A stretch of DNA of 64,000 bases from Lysobacteraceae bacterium (lineage in GTDB: Bacteria > Pseudomonadota > Gammaproteobacteria > Xanthomonadales > BQJN01). Shown here in pieces: positions 30,893 to 40,921 of the stretch (position 1 is its first letter; every line of letters starts with the position of its first letter). Location: the NCBI GenBank assembly GCA_021604725.1, contig BQJN01000005.1, positions 614-64,613 of the forward strand. Direction: 5' to 3'. The position numbers were made by a program, and so were the translations under genes. The notes under the pieces are model-generated. The model made no database searches. It saw nothing but the letters and a program-made list of their open reading frames with translations, and was not told where the DNA came from.

Positions 30893-31504
30893 ATGATTAA
30901 GCATACAAAACTGGAAAAGAACATCGGCCTGATGGGTGTCTTGATTGCCGTGGCGATCAGCTTTGGCGGCCTGGCAGAGATCGTCCCTCTACTGCTGGAT
31001 GCGTCAGTCACCGAGCCAGCGCCAGGGGTCAAACCCTATCCCGCCCTGCAACTGGCCGGTCGCGATATTTATGTTCGAGAAGGCTGCTACGGCTGTCATT
31101 CGCAGATGATTCGACCGCTGCGTGCTGAAACAGAACGCTATGGCCATTATTCCATTGCCGGTGAGTTTGTTTATGACCACCCGTTCCAATGGGGCTCGAA
31201 GCGTACCGGACCTGACTTGGCCCGTGTCGGTGGTCGTTACAGCGATGAATGGCATCGGGTGCATATGATCGACCCCCGCAGTGTCGTTCCTGAGTCGAAC
31301 ATGCCTGGTTATCCCTGGCTGGAAAGCAACGTTGTAGACCCCGACCAGGTCGTTGCGTCGATGCGAGCGTTACAGGTTCTAGGCCACCCCTATACCGATG
31401 AGGAAATAGAAGGGGCGCGCGACGCGGTGGTAGGCAAGACTGAGCTTGACGCCATGGTCGCCTACCTGCAGGGCTTGGGCACTGCGCTGAAAGAGCGAGG
31501 TTAG
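30893..31504 (+). CDS. ccoO: cbb3-type oxidase subunit II
   Basis: [24 protein letters not shown]; ATG 30893. Confidence 0.97.
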   Translation: MIKHTKLEKNIGLMGVLIAVAISFGGLAEIVPLLLDASVTEPAPGVKPYPALQLAGRDIYVREGCYGCHSQMIRPLRAETERYGHYSIAGEFVYDHPFQWGSKRTGPDLARVGGRYSDEWHRVHMIDPRSVVPESNMPGYPWLESNVVDPDQVVASMRALQVLGHPYTDEEIEGARDAVVGKTELDAMVAYLQGLGTALKERG

Positions 31505-31508
31505 ATTG

Positions 31509-31670
31509 ATGGATTGGGGTGCAGTCAGTGGCGTCATTACCGCCATACTTCTGATCGCTTTTATCGGCATCGTCATTTGGGCATGGTCCAGTAAGCGCAA
31601 AGAACAGTTCGAGGCCATGGCACGTATGCCGCTGGAGGCCGATTCCGCTGCCGAGGAGAAGCAATCATGA
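31509..31670 (+). CDS. ccoQ: cbb3-type oxidase subunit 3 (CcoQ), 53 aa
   Basis: MDWGAVSGVITAILLIAFIGIVIWAWSSKRKEQFEAMARMPLEAD...; between ccoO and ccoP; below the ORF-track cutoff. Confidence 0.92.
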   Translation: MDWGAVSGVITAILLIAFIGIVIWAWSSKRKEQFEAMARMPLEADSAAEEKQS

Positions 31671-32554
31671 GCGTCGCCGTTAGCCTGTTTATCACTGCCA
31701 TGGTGGTGTTAATGATTGTCGGCTCTGTTTGGATGTTGCTGGCCACCAGTCGCGAACAACCTGGTCAGCCCACCGGCAACACACCCAAGGACCATACTTG
31801 GGATGGCGATCTGCAAGAGTTGAACAACCCTCTACCCCGGTGGTGGTTATGGCTGTTTATTCTGACCATCGTGTTCAGCATTGCCTACCTGATTGCCTAC
31901 CCCGGGTTTGGCAGCTACAAGGGCATGCTGGGTTGGACTCAGCAGTCGCAGTACCAACAACAGGTGGACGCCGCCAATGAAAAGCTTGAGGCACTGTACG
32001 GTCAGTTCGAAGGACGGTCGGTGGCTGAATTGAGTACAGACAGCGAGGCCCTGCGGGTAGGCGGCAGCTTGTTCGCGCAGCACTGTGCAGCTTGCCACGG
32101 CTCAGACGCCAAAGGCGCCAGGGGTTTTCCCAACCTGACCGACAACGAGTGGCAATGGGGCGGTTCGGACGATCAGATCCTGGCATCGATAATCAACGGT
32201 CGACAAGCCGCAATGCCGCCCTGGGGCACCGTTTTGGGCGACCGTGGTGTGACCGAGGCAGTGATTTACGTGCAGCAATTGTCCGGTGGCAAGGTAGATG
32301 CAGGGCTGGCAGCGGCAGGCAAGAAACACTACGACATGTTGTGTATTAGCTGTCATGGCGCAGACGGTACCGGCAACGCTGTGCTGGGCGCGCCCGATTT
32401 GACCAATACGATCTGGTTGTATGGCGGCGACTTTGATTCGCTGACCGAATCTTTGGTTTTGGGTCGCAACGGTGCGATGCCTGCCTATGGCGAGTTGATT
32501 GGCGAGGACAAGGCGCGGATACTGGCCGCTTACGTCCGTTCGCTAAGCCACTAA
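31667..32554 (+). CDS. ccoP: cbb3-type oxidase subunit III (diheme)
   Basis: HTWDGDLQELNNPLPRWW, CAACH and CISCH heme motifs. Confidence 0.97.
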   Translation: MSVAVSLFITAMVVLMIVGSVWMLLATSREQPGQPTGNTPKDHTWDGDLQELNNPLPRWWLWLFILTIVFSIAYLIAYPGFGSYKGMLGWTQQSQYQQQVDAANEKLEALYGQFEGRSVAELSTDSEALRVGGSLFAQHCAACHGSDAKGARGFPNLTDNEWQWGGSDDQILASIINGRQAAMPPWGTVLGDRGVTEAVIYVQQLSGGKVDAGLAAAGKKHYDMLCISCHGADGTGNAVLGAPDLTNTIWLYGGDFDSLTESLVLGRNGAMPAYGELIGEDKARILAAYVRSLSH

Positions 32555-32555
32555 C

Positions 32556-32831
32556 ATGATCGAACCGGTCATAGACCATCCGCCACGGCCGCTGGCTCAA
32601 CGCCTGGGAGCCATCATCTGGCCATCGTTTTTTTCCGCGTGTGTCGGCACCATGGTCTTGTTTGCCTTGGTAGATCCGGTTGAGCTGGCGCAAATCAGCT
32701 GGCCGCAGATGGACATATCTCCAGTGATGGGCTACAGCATTGGATTCTTCGGTTTGTGGGCAATGAGTGCATCAGCCTGTACGTTTTGCTGGTTGTTGTT
32801 GCGGCCGCCGTCGCGATTTAATTCATCGTAA
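32556..32831 (+). CDS. Small 2-TM membrane protein in cco cluster
   Basis: IIWPSFFSA..FALVDP..YSIGFFGLW; operonic with ccoP. Confidence 0.75.
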   Translation: MIEPVIDHPPRPLAQRLGAIIWPSFFSACVGTMVLFALVDPVELAQISWPQMDISPVMGYSIGFFGLWAMSASACTFCWLLLRPPSRFNSS

Positions 32832-32964
32832 TCAATGACTATCAGCGGTCCAGGTACGGCCACGCCATGTCGGTGACGTTTCGTGGTCAGTGTTCTGCAT
32901 CCATTCAGCAAACAGGGGCCAGTGGATACACTGCCACCCATATTTATTTGACGGTCATGGCAAA

Positions 32965-34335
32965 GTGAGTGAAGAGAAAGGCCAATCGCTGTACAAGGCG
33001 CACGCCAAAATCTACCCCCGTGAGACCAAAGGTCGCTTCCAGTTTCTGCGAAAGCTTGCAGTGTTCGTTTTGCTGGGCTTGTTTTATGTTTCGCCGTGGC
33101 TGCAATGGGCCGGCCGACAGGCTGTCTTGTTCGACCTTCCGGCGCGCAGGTTTCATGTCTTCGGACTGACCTTCTGGCCACAGGATTTTATCCTGTTGGC
33201 GTTGCTGCTGATAATCGCCGCAGTATCGCTGTTTTTCTTCACTGCCCTGGCGGGTAGGCTTTTTTGCGGCTATGCGTGTCCGCAAACGGTATGGACTGAA
33301 GTGTTCATCTGGATCGAACAACGCATTGAAGGCAATCGCAACAAGCGAATTCGCCTCGACAAATCACCATGGAGCTGGAACAAGCTATGGCGCAAAGCGC
33401 TGAAACACTCAATTTGGGTGCTGCTGGCCTTGTGGACAGGCTTCACGTTTGTTGGCTTTTTTTCGCCTATTCGCGAACTGGCGATGCGGATATTTGAGCT
33501 ATCGCTAGGTGGCTGGGAGTGGTTCTGGTGGTTGTTTTACTCCTTTGCCACATGGGGTAATGCCGGCTTCCTGCGTGAACAGGTCTGTCTGTACATGTGT
33601 CCGTACGCAAGATTCCAAAGCGCCATGTTCGATCGAGATACCTTGGTTATCACCTACGATGCGCAACGTGGCGAAAAGCGCGGGGCACGCAAACGCGGCG
33701 CTGATCCGACGGCGATCGGCTTGGGCGATTGCATCGATTGTCAGCAATGCGTTCAAGTATGCCCAACCGGCATCGATATTCGAGACGGACTGCAATACGA
33801 GTGCATCGCTTGCGCCGCTTGTGTCGATATCTGTGACGACGTTATGGACAAGATGCAATACCCCAAAGGGCTGATTCGCTACACCACCGAGAACGCCATG
33901 AACAACAAGTCGGTGCGTGTTCTGCGTCCTCGAACATTGATTTACTCCGTGTTGTGGTTGGCCCTGTTGACCACCTTTGCCTGGGCGGTAACCAACCGAA
34001 CCATGTTGTCCTTCGATGTACTTCGCGATCGCAACGCGCTTTATCGCCAGGTCGACCAGCGGGTGGAGAATATCTATCAGCTTAAAATCACCAACAAGTC
34101 AGAGCTGCCGGTGCCATTGACGATTCGACTGGACGGACTGGATGGGGCAAGCGTTCAGACTCGTCCTGAATCGGTCGTTGCCATCAATGGTGAGGTCACC
34201 ACGGTAGTAACCTCGGTCAGTATGAGTCTGCAGTCGGCGCCGCGTGGCGGGGTACCGATGCAAGTGGTGTTGGAAACCGACACTGGCGAAACGGTGGTGC
34301 ATGAATCTCGCTTTTTCGGTCCAATAGAGCGGTGA
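32965..34335 (+). CDS. ccoG: Cytochrome c oxidase accessory Fe-S protein / Cu reductase
   Basis: GRLFCGYACPQT, CPYARFQ, two 4Fe-4S motifs; GTG 32965. Confidence 0.95.
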   Translation: MSEEKGQSLYKAHAKIYPRETKGRFQFLRKLAVFVLLGLFYVSPWLQWAGRQAVLFDLPARRFHVFGLTFWPQDFILLALLLIIAAVSLFFFTALAGRLFCGYACPQTVWTEVFIWIEQRIEGNRNKRIRLDKSPWSWNKLWRKALKHSIWVLLALWTGFTFVGFFSPIRELAMRIFELSLGGWEWFWWLFYSFATWGNAGFLREQVCLYMCPYARFQSAMFDRDTLVITYDAQRGEKRGARKRGADPTAIGLGDCIDCQQCVQVCPTGIDIRDGLQYECIACAACVDICDDVMDKMQYPKGLIRYTTENAMNNKSVRVLRPRTLIYSVLWLALLTTFAWAVTNRTMLSFDVLRDRNALYRQVDQRVENIYQLKITNKSELPVPLTIRLDGLDGASVQTRPESVVAINGEVTTVVTSVSMSLQSAPRGGVPMQVVLETDTGETVVHESRFFGPIER

Positions 34336-34814
34336 GCGAGTCCAACAAAATGCCGTTATGGGTGATCGCACCAGTGATTGCCGTTTTCTTTGCTGGCTTT
34401 GCGACCTTGTGGATCGCGGTGGTCAATGCACCAACAGAGTTGGACGATCCTTACCAACAGCGTGGCGATGTCAGCAACGCTCGATTCGAAGCTGACATCA
34501 AGGCTGCTGAATTGGGTATTTCCGGTCTCCTTCAATTTGGCACGAGCTCTTGCGTGCTAAACCTCGAATCGGCGCCGTCTACCGCAGCCATTGTTGTTGA
34601 AGCCAGACACGCAACACGTAGCGAACTTGACTGGTCTGTACAACTGCAAGCATCAGGTGACGGACAGTGGCTCGGACAATGCGGCAACTATCAGGCCGGT
34701 CGCTATTATTTGCGGGTTGAGCCTGAGCAGCCGCTTTGGCGCCTGCTTGGCGTTTGGGACGGCGCTTCGCAGGTTGGTCTGGCGCCGAGGTCGCTGCATT
34801 CTGAATCGCCTTAG
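34332..34814 (+). CDS. ccoH: FixH/CcoH protein
   Basis: Single N-terminal TM, HAT..D, WRL motif; position between ccoG and ccoI. Confidence 0.8.
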   Translation: MSESNKMPLWVIAPVIAVFFAGFATLWIAVVNAPTELDDPYQQRGDVSNARFEADIKAAELGISGLLQFGTSSCVLNLESAPSTAAIVVEARHATRSELDWSVQLQASGDGQWLGQCGNYQAGRYYLRVEPEQPLWRLLGVWDGASQVGLAPRSLHSESP

Positions 34815-34819
34815 ACCCG

Positions 34820-37225
34820 ATGCAGACTGAACGCTGCTTTCACTGTGCCGAGCCTAACCCGGTTCAGGCCCCCTCGATGCAGATCAATGGCGAACTTCAG
34901 TTCTTCTGTTGCCATGGCTGCATGGCCGTGGCCAGCTTTATCGATGCCAGCGGGTTACAGTCTTTCTACGATTTGCGAACCGATTCACCCCATCGCGCGG
35001 GGTTTGCCGATGCCGCGAAGTTTGATCTGTCAGCATTTGATCGACCATCATTTCAAAAAGTCTTCGTCGATGCCGACAGCGAAACTGGCGTTTCTACGGC
35101 CCGGTTAACGATTGATGGCGTCAACTGTGGCGCCTGCTCCTGGCTGATCCGAAAATCCTTGTTGGCGATTTCAGGTGTAGAACAGGTCGACGTCAACCCG
35201 GCGACGGGCTGGGCTACTGTGGAGTTCAAGCACTCTGAGGTCCTGCTAAGCCACATCGTCGATCAGATTGCCAGACTCGGCTACCAGCCATCGCCGGCCA
35301 ACGATGACGAACAGACCAGCCGATGGCTCAAGTTGCGACGCAATAGCCTGGCGCGCCTGGCGGTAGCCGGCTTTGGCATGATGCAAGTGATGACCTATGC
35401 GGTTGCCATGTACGCCGGCGCGTTTACTGGGATCGATCAGGACACTCGCTACTTCCTGCGCCTGGTCAGTCTGTTGGTGACCACGCCAGTGGTTTTCTAT
35501 AGCGCCGCTCCTTTTTTTGCGCAGGCTACAAGTGCGCTTCGACATCGTGCCATGTCGATGGACGTGCCGGTAGCGTTGGCCATTGCACTGGCCTACCTGA
35601 CCAGTGTGGTAAACACTTTTAGCCGAAGCGGTGAGGTGTACTTCGATTCGATCGTCATGTTTGTATTTTTGTTGTCGATGGCGCGCTTTTTGGTGGGTGG
35701 TATTAACCAGCGTTCGCGTACCGATGGGCTGTCCATCGACAGTTTGACCCCAAGCCTGGCGCGGCGCTTCGAATCCGACAGCGTAGTGGCTGTTGGCGTC
35801 GATGAGCTACAGGTGGACGATCGGGTGCTCGTGGGCAGCGGTGAATTGGTGCCTGTCGATGGTGTTCTGGCCGAGGGCTCAGGTAAAGCGCAATTGCAGC
35901 AGGCCTGGCTCAGCGGTGAGTCGCGGGTGGTTACGGTCGGTCCGTCGGAACCTGTTCTGGCCGGTTCAAGAAATGTTGGTGGTCCGCTAGACCTTGTCGT
36001 AACCGCGGTCGGAGAGCAGCGATCAGTCAGCCAGATTAGATCGCTTTATCAGCGTGCTTTGGGTAAACGTCCGCCCTCGATCAAGCAGGCCGATCGCCTG
36101 GCCAGCTGGTTTGTTGCCATCGTGTTGATCCTGGCGGTCGCGGGTGGTTTGGCCTGGACCGTGGCGGCCGATTACCAGAAGGGAGTGGAAATTGCGCTTG
36201 CGGTGTTAATCGTCAGCTGCCCATGCGCGCTGTCATTGGCCACGCCAGCGGTTTTGGCCGCCGCATCAGGCGGCTTGATTCGCCATGGCATCCTGTTGGC
36301 GGACGGTGCTGCAATTGAAAACTTGAAGCGTGTCGACAAGATCGTGTTCGACAAGACTGGCTCTCTAACACGTGGCCAGCTTTCGCTAAAGGCGATTCAT
36401 ACCGCTCCTGACGGGTGTTCCGGCTGGTTGAAGACCGTGGTCGCCAGCCTGGAACAACGATCAAACCATCCTATCGCTACCGCTCTTCGCGGCTTGGCCG
36501 AACCTGTTGCGGTAGATCAATGGCAGGACTATCCAGGCGACGGCTTAAGTGGGGTCATCGCCGGTCATCGCTATTGGCTTGGGCGTCATAAATTTGTCTC
36601 TACTCAAGCCCCAGAAACCGACCTCAGCTGGGCGCCGCGAGGCGACGATGCGGTGTGGATTGGCGATGATCAAGGCGTACTAGGATGCATCGAGTTGACC
36701 GATGCACCGCGGGCAGGGTGTCGCCAGGTTGTCGATTACTTTGCATCTAAAGGTAGCGAAATTTGCTTACTTAGTGGCGATAGTGAAGCCATCGTCGATG
36801 ATTTCGCAGATTTGATTGGAATCGATGAACACTATGCCAGGCAGTCGCCACAAGACAAACTGGAGAAAATTTCCAGCTGGCAAAATACCCAACGCCTGCT
36901 GTTTGTCGGTGACGGCGTAAACGATGCTCCGGCAATGGCTCAGGCCGATGTCAGTGTGGCCCTCGGCAGTGGCTCGGCAATGGCCAAGTCCGGTGCCGAT
37001 ATTGTGCTTTTAAGTGACCGCCTGGACGATCTGCTTGTTCTGGACCGGGCTGCTCAACGGGCCAGGGCGCTGATACGTCAAAATCTTTGGTGGGCCGGTG
37101 GCTACAACCTGGTGATCATTCCTGTCACTTTGGCTGGTATGGTGCCTCCATGGTTAGCCGCTGTTGGCATGTCTGTCAGCTCGCTTGCCGTCGTGCTAAG
37201 TAGTTTGCGAGGCCGAAGAATCTGA
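34820..37225 (+). CDS. ccoI: Cu-transporting P1B-type ATPase
   Basis: CFHC..CCHGC, CGAC, CPCAL, DKTGSLT, GDGVND. Confidence 0.93.
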   Translation: MQTERCFHCAEPNPVQAPSMQINGELQFFCCHGCMAVASFIDASGLQSFYDLRTDSPHRAGFADAAKFDLSAFDRPSFQKVFVDADSETGVSTARLTIDGVNCGACSWLIRKSLLAISGVEQVDVNPATGWATVEFKHSEVLLSHIVDQIARLGYQPSPANDDEQTSRWLKLRRNSLARLAVAGFGMMQVMTYAVAMYAGAFTGIDQDTRYFLRLVSLLVTTPVVFYSAAPFFAQATSALRHRAMSMDVPVALAIALAYLTSVVNTFSRSGEVYFDSIVMFVFLLSMARFLVGGINQRSRTDGLSIDSLTPSLARRFESDSVVAVGVDELQVDDRVLVGSGELVPVDGVLAEGSGKAQLQQAWLSGESRVVTVGPSEPVLAGSRNVGGPLDLVVTAVGEQRSVSQIRSLYQRALGKRPPSIKQADRLASWFVAIVLILAVAGGLAWTVAADYQKGVEIALAVLIVSCPCALSLATPAVLAAASGGLIRHGILLADGAAIENLKRVDKIVFDKTGSLTRGQLSLKAIHTAPDGCSGWLKTVVASLEQRSNHPIATALRGLAEPVAVDQWQDYPGDGLSGVIAGHRYWLGRHKFVSTQAPETDLSWAPRGDDAVWIGDDQGVLGCIELTDAPRAGCRQVVDYFASKGSEICLLSGDSEAIVDDFADLIGIDEHYARQSPQDKLEKISSWQNTQRLLFVGDGVNDAPAMAQADVSVALGSGSAMAKSGADIVLLSDRLDDLLVLDRAAQRARALIRQNLWWAGGYNLVIIPVTLAGMVPPWLAAVGMSVSSLAVVLSSLRGRRI

Positions 37226-37226
37226 T

Positions 37227-37373
37227 ATGCAAAGCATTTACTTGCTAATACCTTTGAGTGTGATCCTTGTGGTTGTTGCCGTAGCGGCTTTTTTCTGGGC
37301 GGTTCGCTCCGGCCAATTCGATGATCTTGACTCGCCCGCTCTGGATATTCTGGACAAGGACGACGATGATTGA
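37227..37373 (+). CDS. ccoS: cbb3 oxidase assembly protein CcoS, 48 aa
   Basis: MQSIYLLIPLSVILVVVAVAAFFWAVRSGQFDDLDSPA...; not in ORF track. Confidence 0.93.
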   Translation: MQSIYLLIPLSVILVVVAVAAFFWAVRSGQFDDLDSPALDILDKDDDD

Positions 37374-38049
37374 TAATGGGTGGTTGGCACCCTTTTTGGT
37401 TGGCTTTTTCGGTAGCACCCATTGTTTGACCATGTGTGGAGGGATCGCCGCTGGTTTGGGATCGGCCACATCGAGCAAGCGATCACGATTGCCCTATCTG
37501 CTGCTGTTTCAATTTGGCCGTGTCGCCAGCTACGCGGTTGCCGGTTTCCTCATTGGCGCCTTTGCCTGGTCGGTTGCGGCGATCAGCGCAATGCCTGCCT
37601 GGCTGCCGCGGCTGTTGGTCGGTGTTTTCATGATTCTGTGCGGTGTCTGGTTGGCTGTTCGCAGAGGACCGATGCAATGGCTGGGTCATTGGGGCGCGAG
37701 CCTGTGGGCTCGGCTAGGTCCACTGGCGCAGAAACTATTGCCCGCTGACCGGTGGTGGAAGGCATCTGTTCTCGGCGTCCTTTGGGGCTGGCTTCCTTGT
37801 GGCCTGGTCTATTCGATGCTGACTGGGGCAGCAGGCAAGGTCAACCCCATTGACGGCGCGGTTTGGATGGCCATGTTTGGCTTGGGGACAATGCCAGCGA
37901 TGACGGCTATGGCCTGGGGTGGCAGCTGGCTCGAGTCCCTCAGAGGCTCCGCGGCGTTACGTTGGATAGCCGCTGCTGCCGTAGTTGCTATGGGCGTTTG
38001 GACTATCGTGTATTCGGGCGTGCTTCCAAGTCCCGGTCACCATCATTGA
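37366..38049 (+). CDS. Sulfite exporter TauE/SafE / DsbD_2-family membrane protein
   Basis: GSTHCLTMCGG, GRVASY, WGWLPCGLVY, FGLGTMP; His-rich tail. Confidence 0.9.
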   Translation: MIDNGWLAPFLVGFFGSTHCLTMCGGIAAGLGSATSSKRSRLPYLLLFQFGRVASYAVAGFLIGAFAWSVAAISAMPAWLPRLLVGVFMILCGVWLAVRRGPMQWLGHWGASLWARLGPLAQKLLPADRWWKASVLGVLWGWLPCGLVYSMLTGAAGKVNPIDGAVWMAMFGLGTMPAMTAMAWGGSWLESLRGSAALRWIAAAAVVAMGVWTIVYSGVLPSPGHHH

Positions 38050-38088
38050 GTCGCTCTTTTCAATCTACCCTAAATCGCCATCATTGCC

Positions 38089-38097
38089 TGTGGATAA
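38089..38097 (-). promoter_or_regulatory. DnaA box in dnaA promoter region
   Basis: TGTGGATAA (reverse complement of TTATCCACA) ~100 bp before dnaA. Confidence 0.8.
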
Positions 38098-38199
38098 CTA
38101 GCTGAATCGTAGGTAGACTGGACCGCTTCGCTCTGTTCTTTGCTCCGCCTCGTCAGGCCGAGCAAGTGCGGGCATGACTTTGCGGTGATTTGATCGACG

Positions 38200-39501
38200 A
38201 TGAACCCAGAATCCTGGAACAATGTGCTGGATCGTCTGGCGGCGGAAATTGGCGAGCAGGATCTCAATACCTGGATTCGCCCCTTGCAGCCGAAGCGAGC
38301 CGGTTCAGCGGTAGTCTTGCTGGCACCGAACGGGTTTGTCCTCGATAGGGTGCAAAGTGACTATTTTGATCGCCTGCGCGAACTGAGTCTGCACTTCGAT
38401 CCAAGTTCAGAATCGGTTCGGCTCGAGGTCGGTGATTCGGCCAGCTTCGATTCCAGTCCCGCAGCGGCCGCGAAAACCGAACCGAGCTACCTGGACGCGC
38501 GATACACTTTCGACAATTTCGTCGCCGGTTCTTCCAACCAACTGGGCCGAGCCGCAGCCATGCAAGTGGCGGCCAACCCCGGTGGGGCATATAACCCGCT
38601 GCTTTTATATGGCGGAACGGGCCTGGGCAAGACGCACCTTTTGCATGCTATCGGCAATGAAGTGGTGCGCGCTCGACCGACGGCCCGTGTTGTCTATCTA
38701 CATAGTGAGCAGTTTGTCAGCGACATGATCCGCTGTTTGCGCCACAACACCATCGAACAATTCAAGAATCGCTATCGCAGCGTCGATACCTTGTTGATTG
38801 ATGACATTCAGTTCTTTGCCGGCAAAGAACGTACGCAAGAAGAATTTTTCCATACCTTCAATACATTACTCGGTCTCAAACAACAGATCGTTCTCACCTG
38901 CGATCGCTATCCGAAAGAAGTAGAAGGCATAGAAGCGCGCTTGAAGTCGCGGTTTGGCTGGGGTCTTAATGTCCCAATCGAGCCACCTGATTTTGAGACT
39001 CGCGTCAATATTTTGCTGTCCAAGGCTCAGGAAAAGGGTGTTGAGTTGGCTGAAGATGTTGCTTATTTCATCGCCAAGCCACTGCGGTCCAATGTGCGTG
39101 AACTAGAGGGTGCACTGCACTCTTTGGCGGCAAATGCCAATTTTCGACAGCGTGAGATCACGATCGATTTCGCCAGAGAAACGCTGCGCGATCTACTGAC
39201 CGTGCACAAGCGCCTGGTTACCGTGACCAATATTCAAAAGACAGTAGCCGATTACTACAAACTGCGAATTAGTGACCTGTTGTCGAAAAAAAGGAATCGT
39301 TCAATTGCGCGGCCACGTCAAATGGCGATGGCGCTAGCCAAAGAGTTGACCGACCATAGTCTGCCGGAAATTGGTGAGCACTTCGGCGGTCGTGATCACA
39401 CCACGGTGTTGCACGCGTGCCGAAAAATTAAGGAATTGGTGGAGACTGACGCCCGAATTCGCGATGATCGGAAAAAATTGATGCGGTCATTGACGGCGTA
39501 G
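38200..39501 (+). CDS. dnaA: Chromosomal replication initiator
   Basis: [40 protein letters not shown]. Confidence 0.99.
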   Translation: MNPESWNNVLDRLAAEIGEQDLNTWIRPLQPKRAGSAVVLLAPNGFVLDRVQSDYFDRLRELSLHFDPSSESVRLEVGDSASFDSSPAAAAKTEPSYLDARYTFDNFVAGSSNQLGRAAAMQVAANPGGAYNPLLLYGGTGLGKTHLLHAIGNEVVRARPTARVVYLHSEQFVSDMIRCLRHNTIEQFKNRYRSVDTLLIDDIQFFAGKERTQEEFFHTFNTLLGLKQQIVLTCDRYPKEVEGIEARLKSRFGWGLNVPIEPPDFETRVNILLSKAQEKGVELAEDVAYFIAKPLRSNVRELEGALHSLAANANFRQREITIDFARETLRDLLTVHKRLVTVTNIQKTVADYYKLRISDLLSKKRNRSIARPRQMAMALAKELTDHSLPEIGEHFGGRDHTTVLHACRKIKELVETDARIRDDRKKLMRSLTA

Positions 39502-39730
39502 AAATGGCGTGGATGAAACGTGTATGGTTGACCTCAATGCCTGTGGATAAACTGTCGACAACTGTCAGAGACCTAGTTATCCACATTTGGTCAACAGGAA
39601 TCGATGCACATTACGCACATCGAAAATGACTTTAAGTTTATGTTTTTATTGAGAAAAAATTAGATTTCCCGATATTAACAGGCCTTACTACTACTAGTTT
39701 TATTAAATATAGATCAGGAATAATAGGACA
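39502..39730. other. Probable oriC (dnaA-dnaN intergenic)
   Basis: Perfect DnaA boxes 39542-50 and 39577-85, degenerate boxes 39553-61 and 39611-19, AT-rich tract 39625-39715 with GGCC + TAC trios. Confidence 0.85.
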
Positions 39731-40831
39731 ATGAAATTCAGCATCCAGAGAGAGGTTTTGCTGCGTCCGTTGAGCCAAGTCGTTGGTGTCGTCGAACGTA
39801 GGCAGACATTGCCGGTATTGGCAAACTTGTTAGTTGTCGCCCGTGAAGGTGAGCTACGCCTGACTGGGACTGATCTGGAAGTTGAGTTGGTTGCCTCAAC
39901 AGAGCTGGAAATCGAACAGGAAGGTGAGGTCACAATACCTGCTCGAAAATGGCTCGACATCTGTAGAGCGCTGCCCGATGGCACAACCATCAACATGAGT
40001 TTGGCTGAAAGCAAAATGACATTGCGAGGGGGTAGCAGTCGATTTACCTTGTCGACTTTGCCAGCATCGGAATTTCCCACCATTGATGATGTTGAAACCA
40101 ATGATCAGGTTCAGATTGAACCAAAGAGTCTAAAGCAGGCGATTGAACATACAGCGTTCGCTATGGCGCAACAGGACGTTCGCTATTATCTCAATGGTAT
40201 GTTGCTCGAGCTAAGGGCTGATGGGGTGCGGTGTGTTGCCACCGATGGCCACCGCTTGGCTATCAGTGAAGTAGAGGCTTCAATTGAAATCGATGATATG
40301 CGTCAAATCATTGTGCCAAGGAAGGGTATTGTTGAGCTGCAACGCCTGCTCGATTCGGGCGACGAATTTGTCACTGTACGCATCGGTCGCAATCATGTTC
40401 GAGTGATACTGGGTAGCAGTGTATTTACATCCAAACTAATTGACGGCCGCTTTCCTGACTATGAATCAGTGATACCTATTGGGGCGGATCTCAACGTTGA
40501 TGTCGATCGTGTTGGTTTGTTGGAGGCACTGAATCGGGCCGCCATTTTATCCAATGAAAAGTACCGTGGCGTAAAGTTTGAGTTGAAGCCAGGTAGTTTG
40601 CGTATCGTCGCTCACAACCCCGAGCAGGAAGAGGCGGTCGAAGACTTGCAGGTTGAACACTCGGTCAGTGATTTAGCGGTAGGCTTTAACGTGGGCTACG
40701 TGCAGGACGCTCTGGGGTCTTTAGACGGTGATGAGGTGAGACTACGCTTCAAGGACTCGAACTCCAGTTGCCTAATCAGTGAAGTTGAACACACCAAGAC
40801 ACGACACGTGGTCATGCCGCTAAGGCTATAG
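39731..40831 (+). CDS. dnaN: DNA polymerase III beta clamp
   Basis: RQTLPVL, TDLE, ATDGHRL, GRFPDY, VMPLRL. Confidence 0.99.
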   Translation: MKFSIQREVLLRPLSQVVGVVERRQTLPVLANLLVVAREGELRLTGTDLEVELVASTELEIEQEGEVTIPARKWLDICRALPDGTTINMSLAESKMTLRGGSSRFTLSTLPASEFPTIDDVETNDQVQIEPKSLKQAIEHTAFAMAQQDVRYYLNGMLLELRADGVRCVATDGHRLAISEVEASIEIDDMRQIIVPRKGIVELQRLLDSGDEFVTVRIGRNHVRVILGSSVFTSKLIDGRFPDYESVIPIGADLNVDVDRVGLLEALNRAAILSNEKYRGVKFELKPGSLRIVAHNPEQEEAVEDLQVEHSVSDLAVGFNVGYVQDALGSLDGDEVRLRFKDSNSSCLISEVEHTKTRHVVMPLRL

Positions 40832-40921
40832 ATTCGGTATTTGGGCGTGCGACTGGCGAACGCCCAATGGTCAGGAACAACGTTGCCGTGGTCGTCTATT
40901 TGAGTTTCGCGGTCGTCAATA

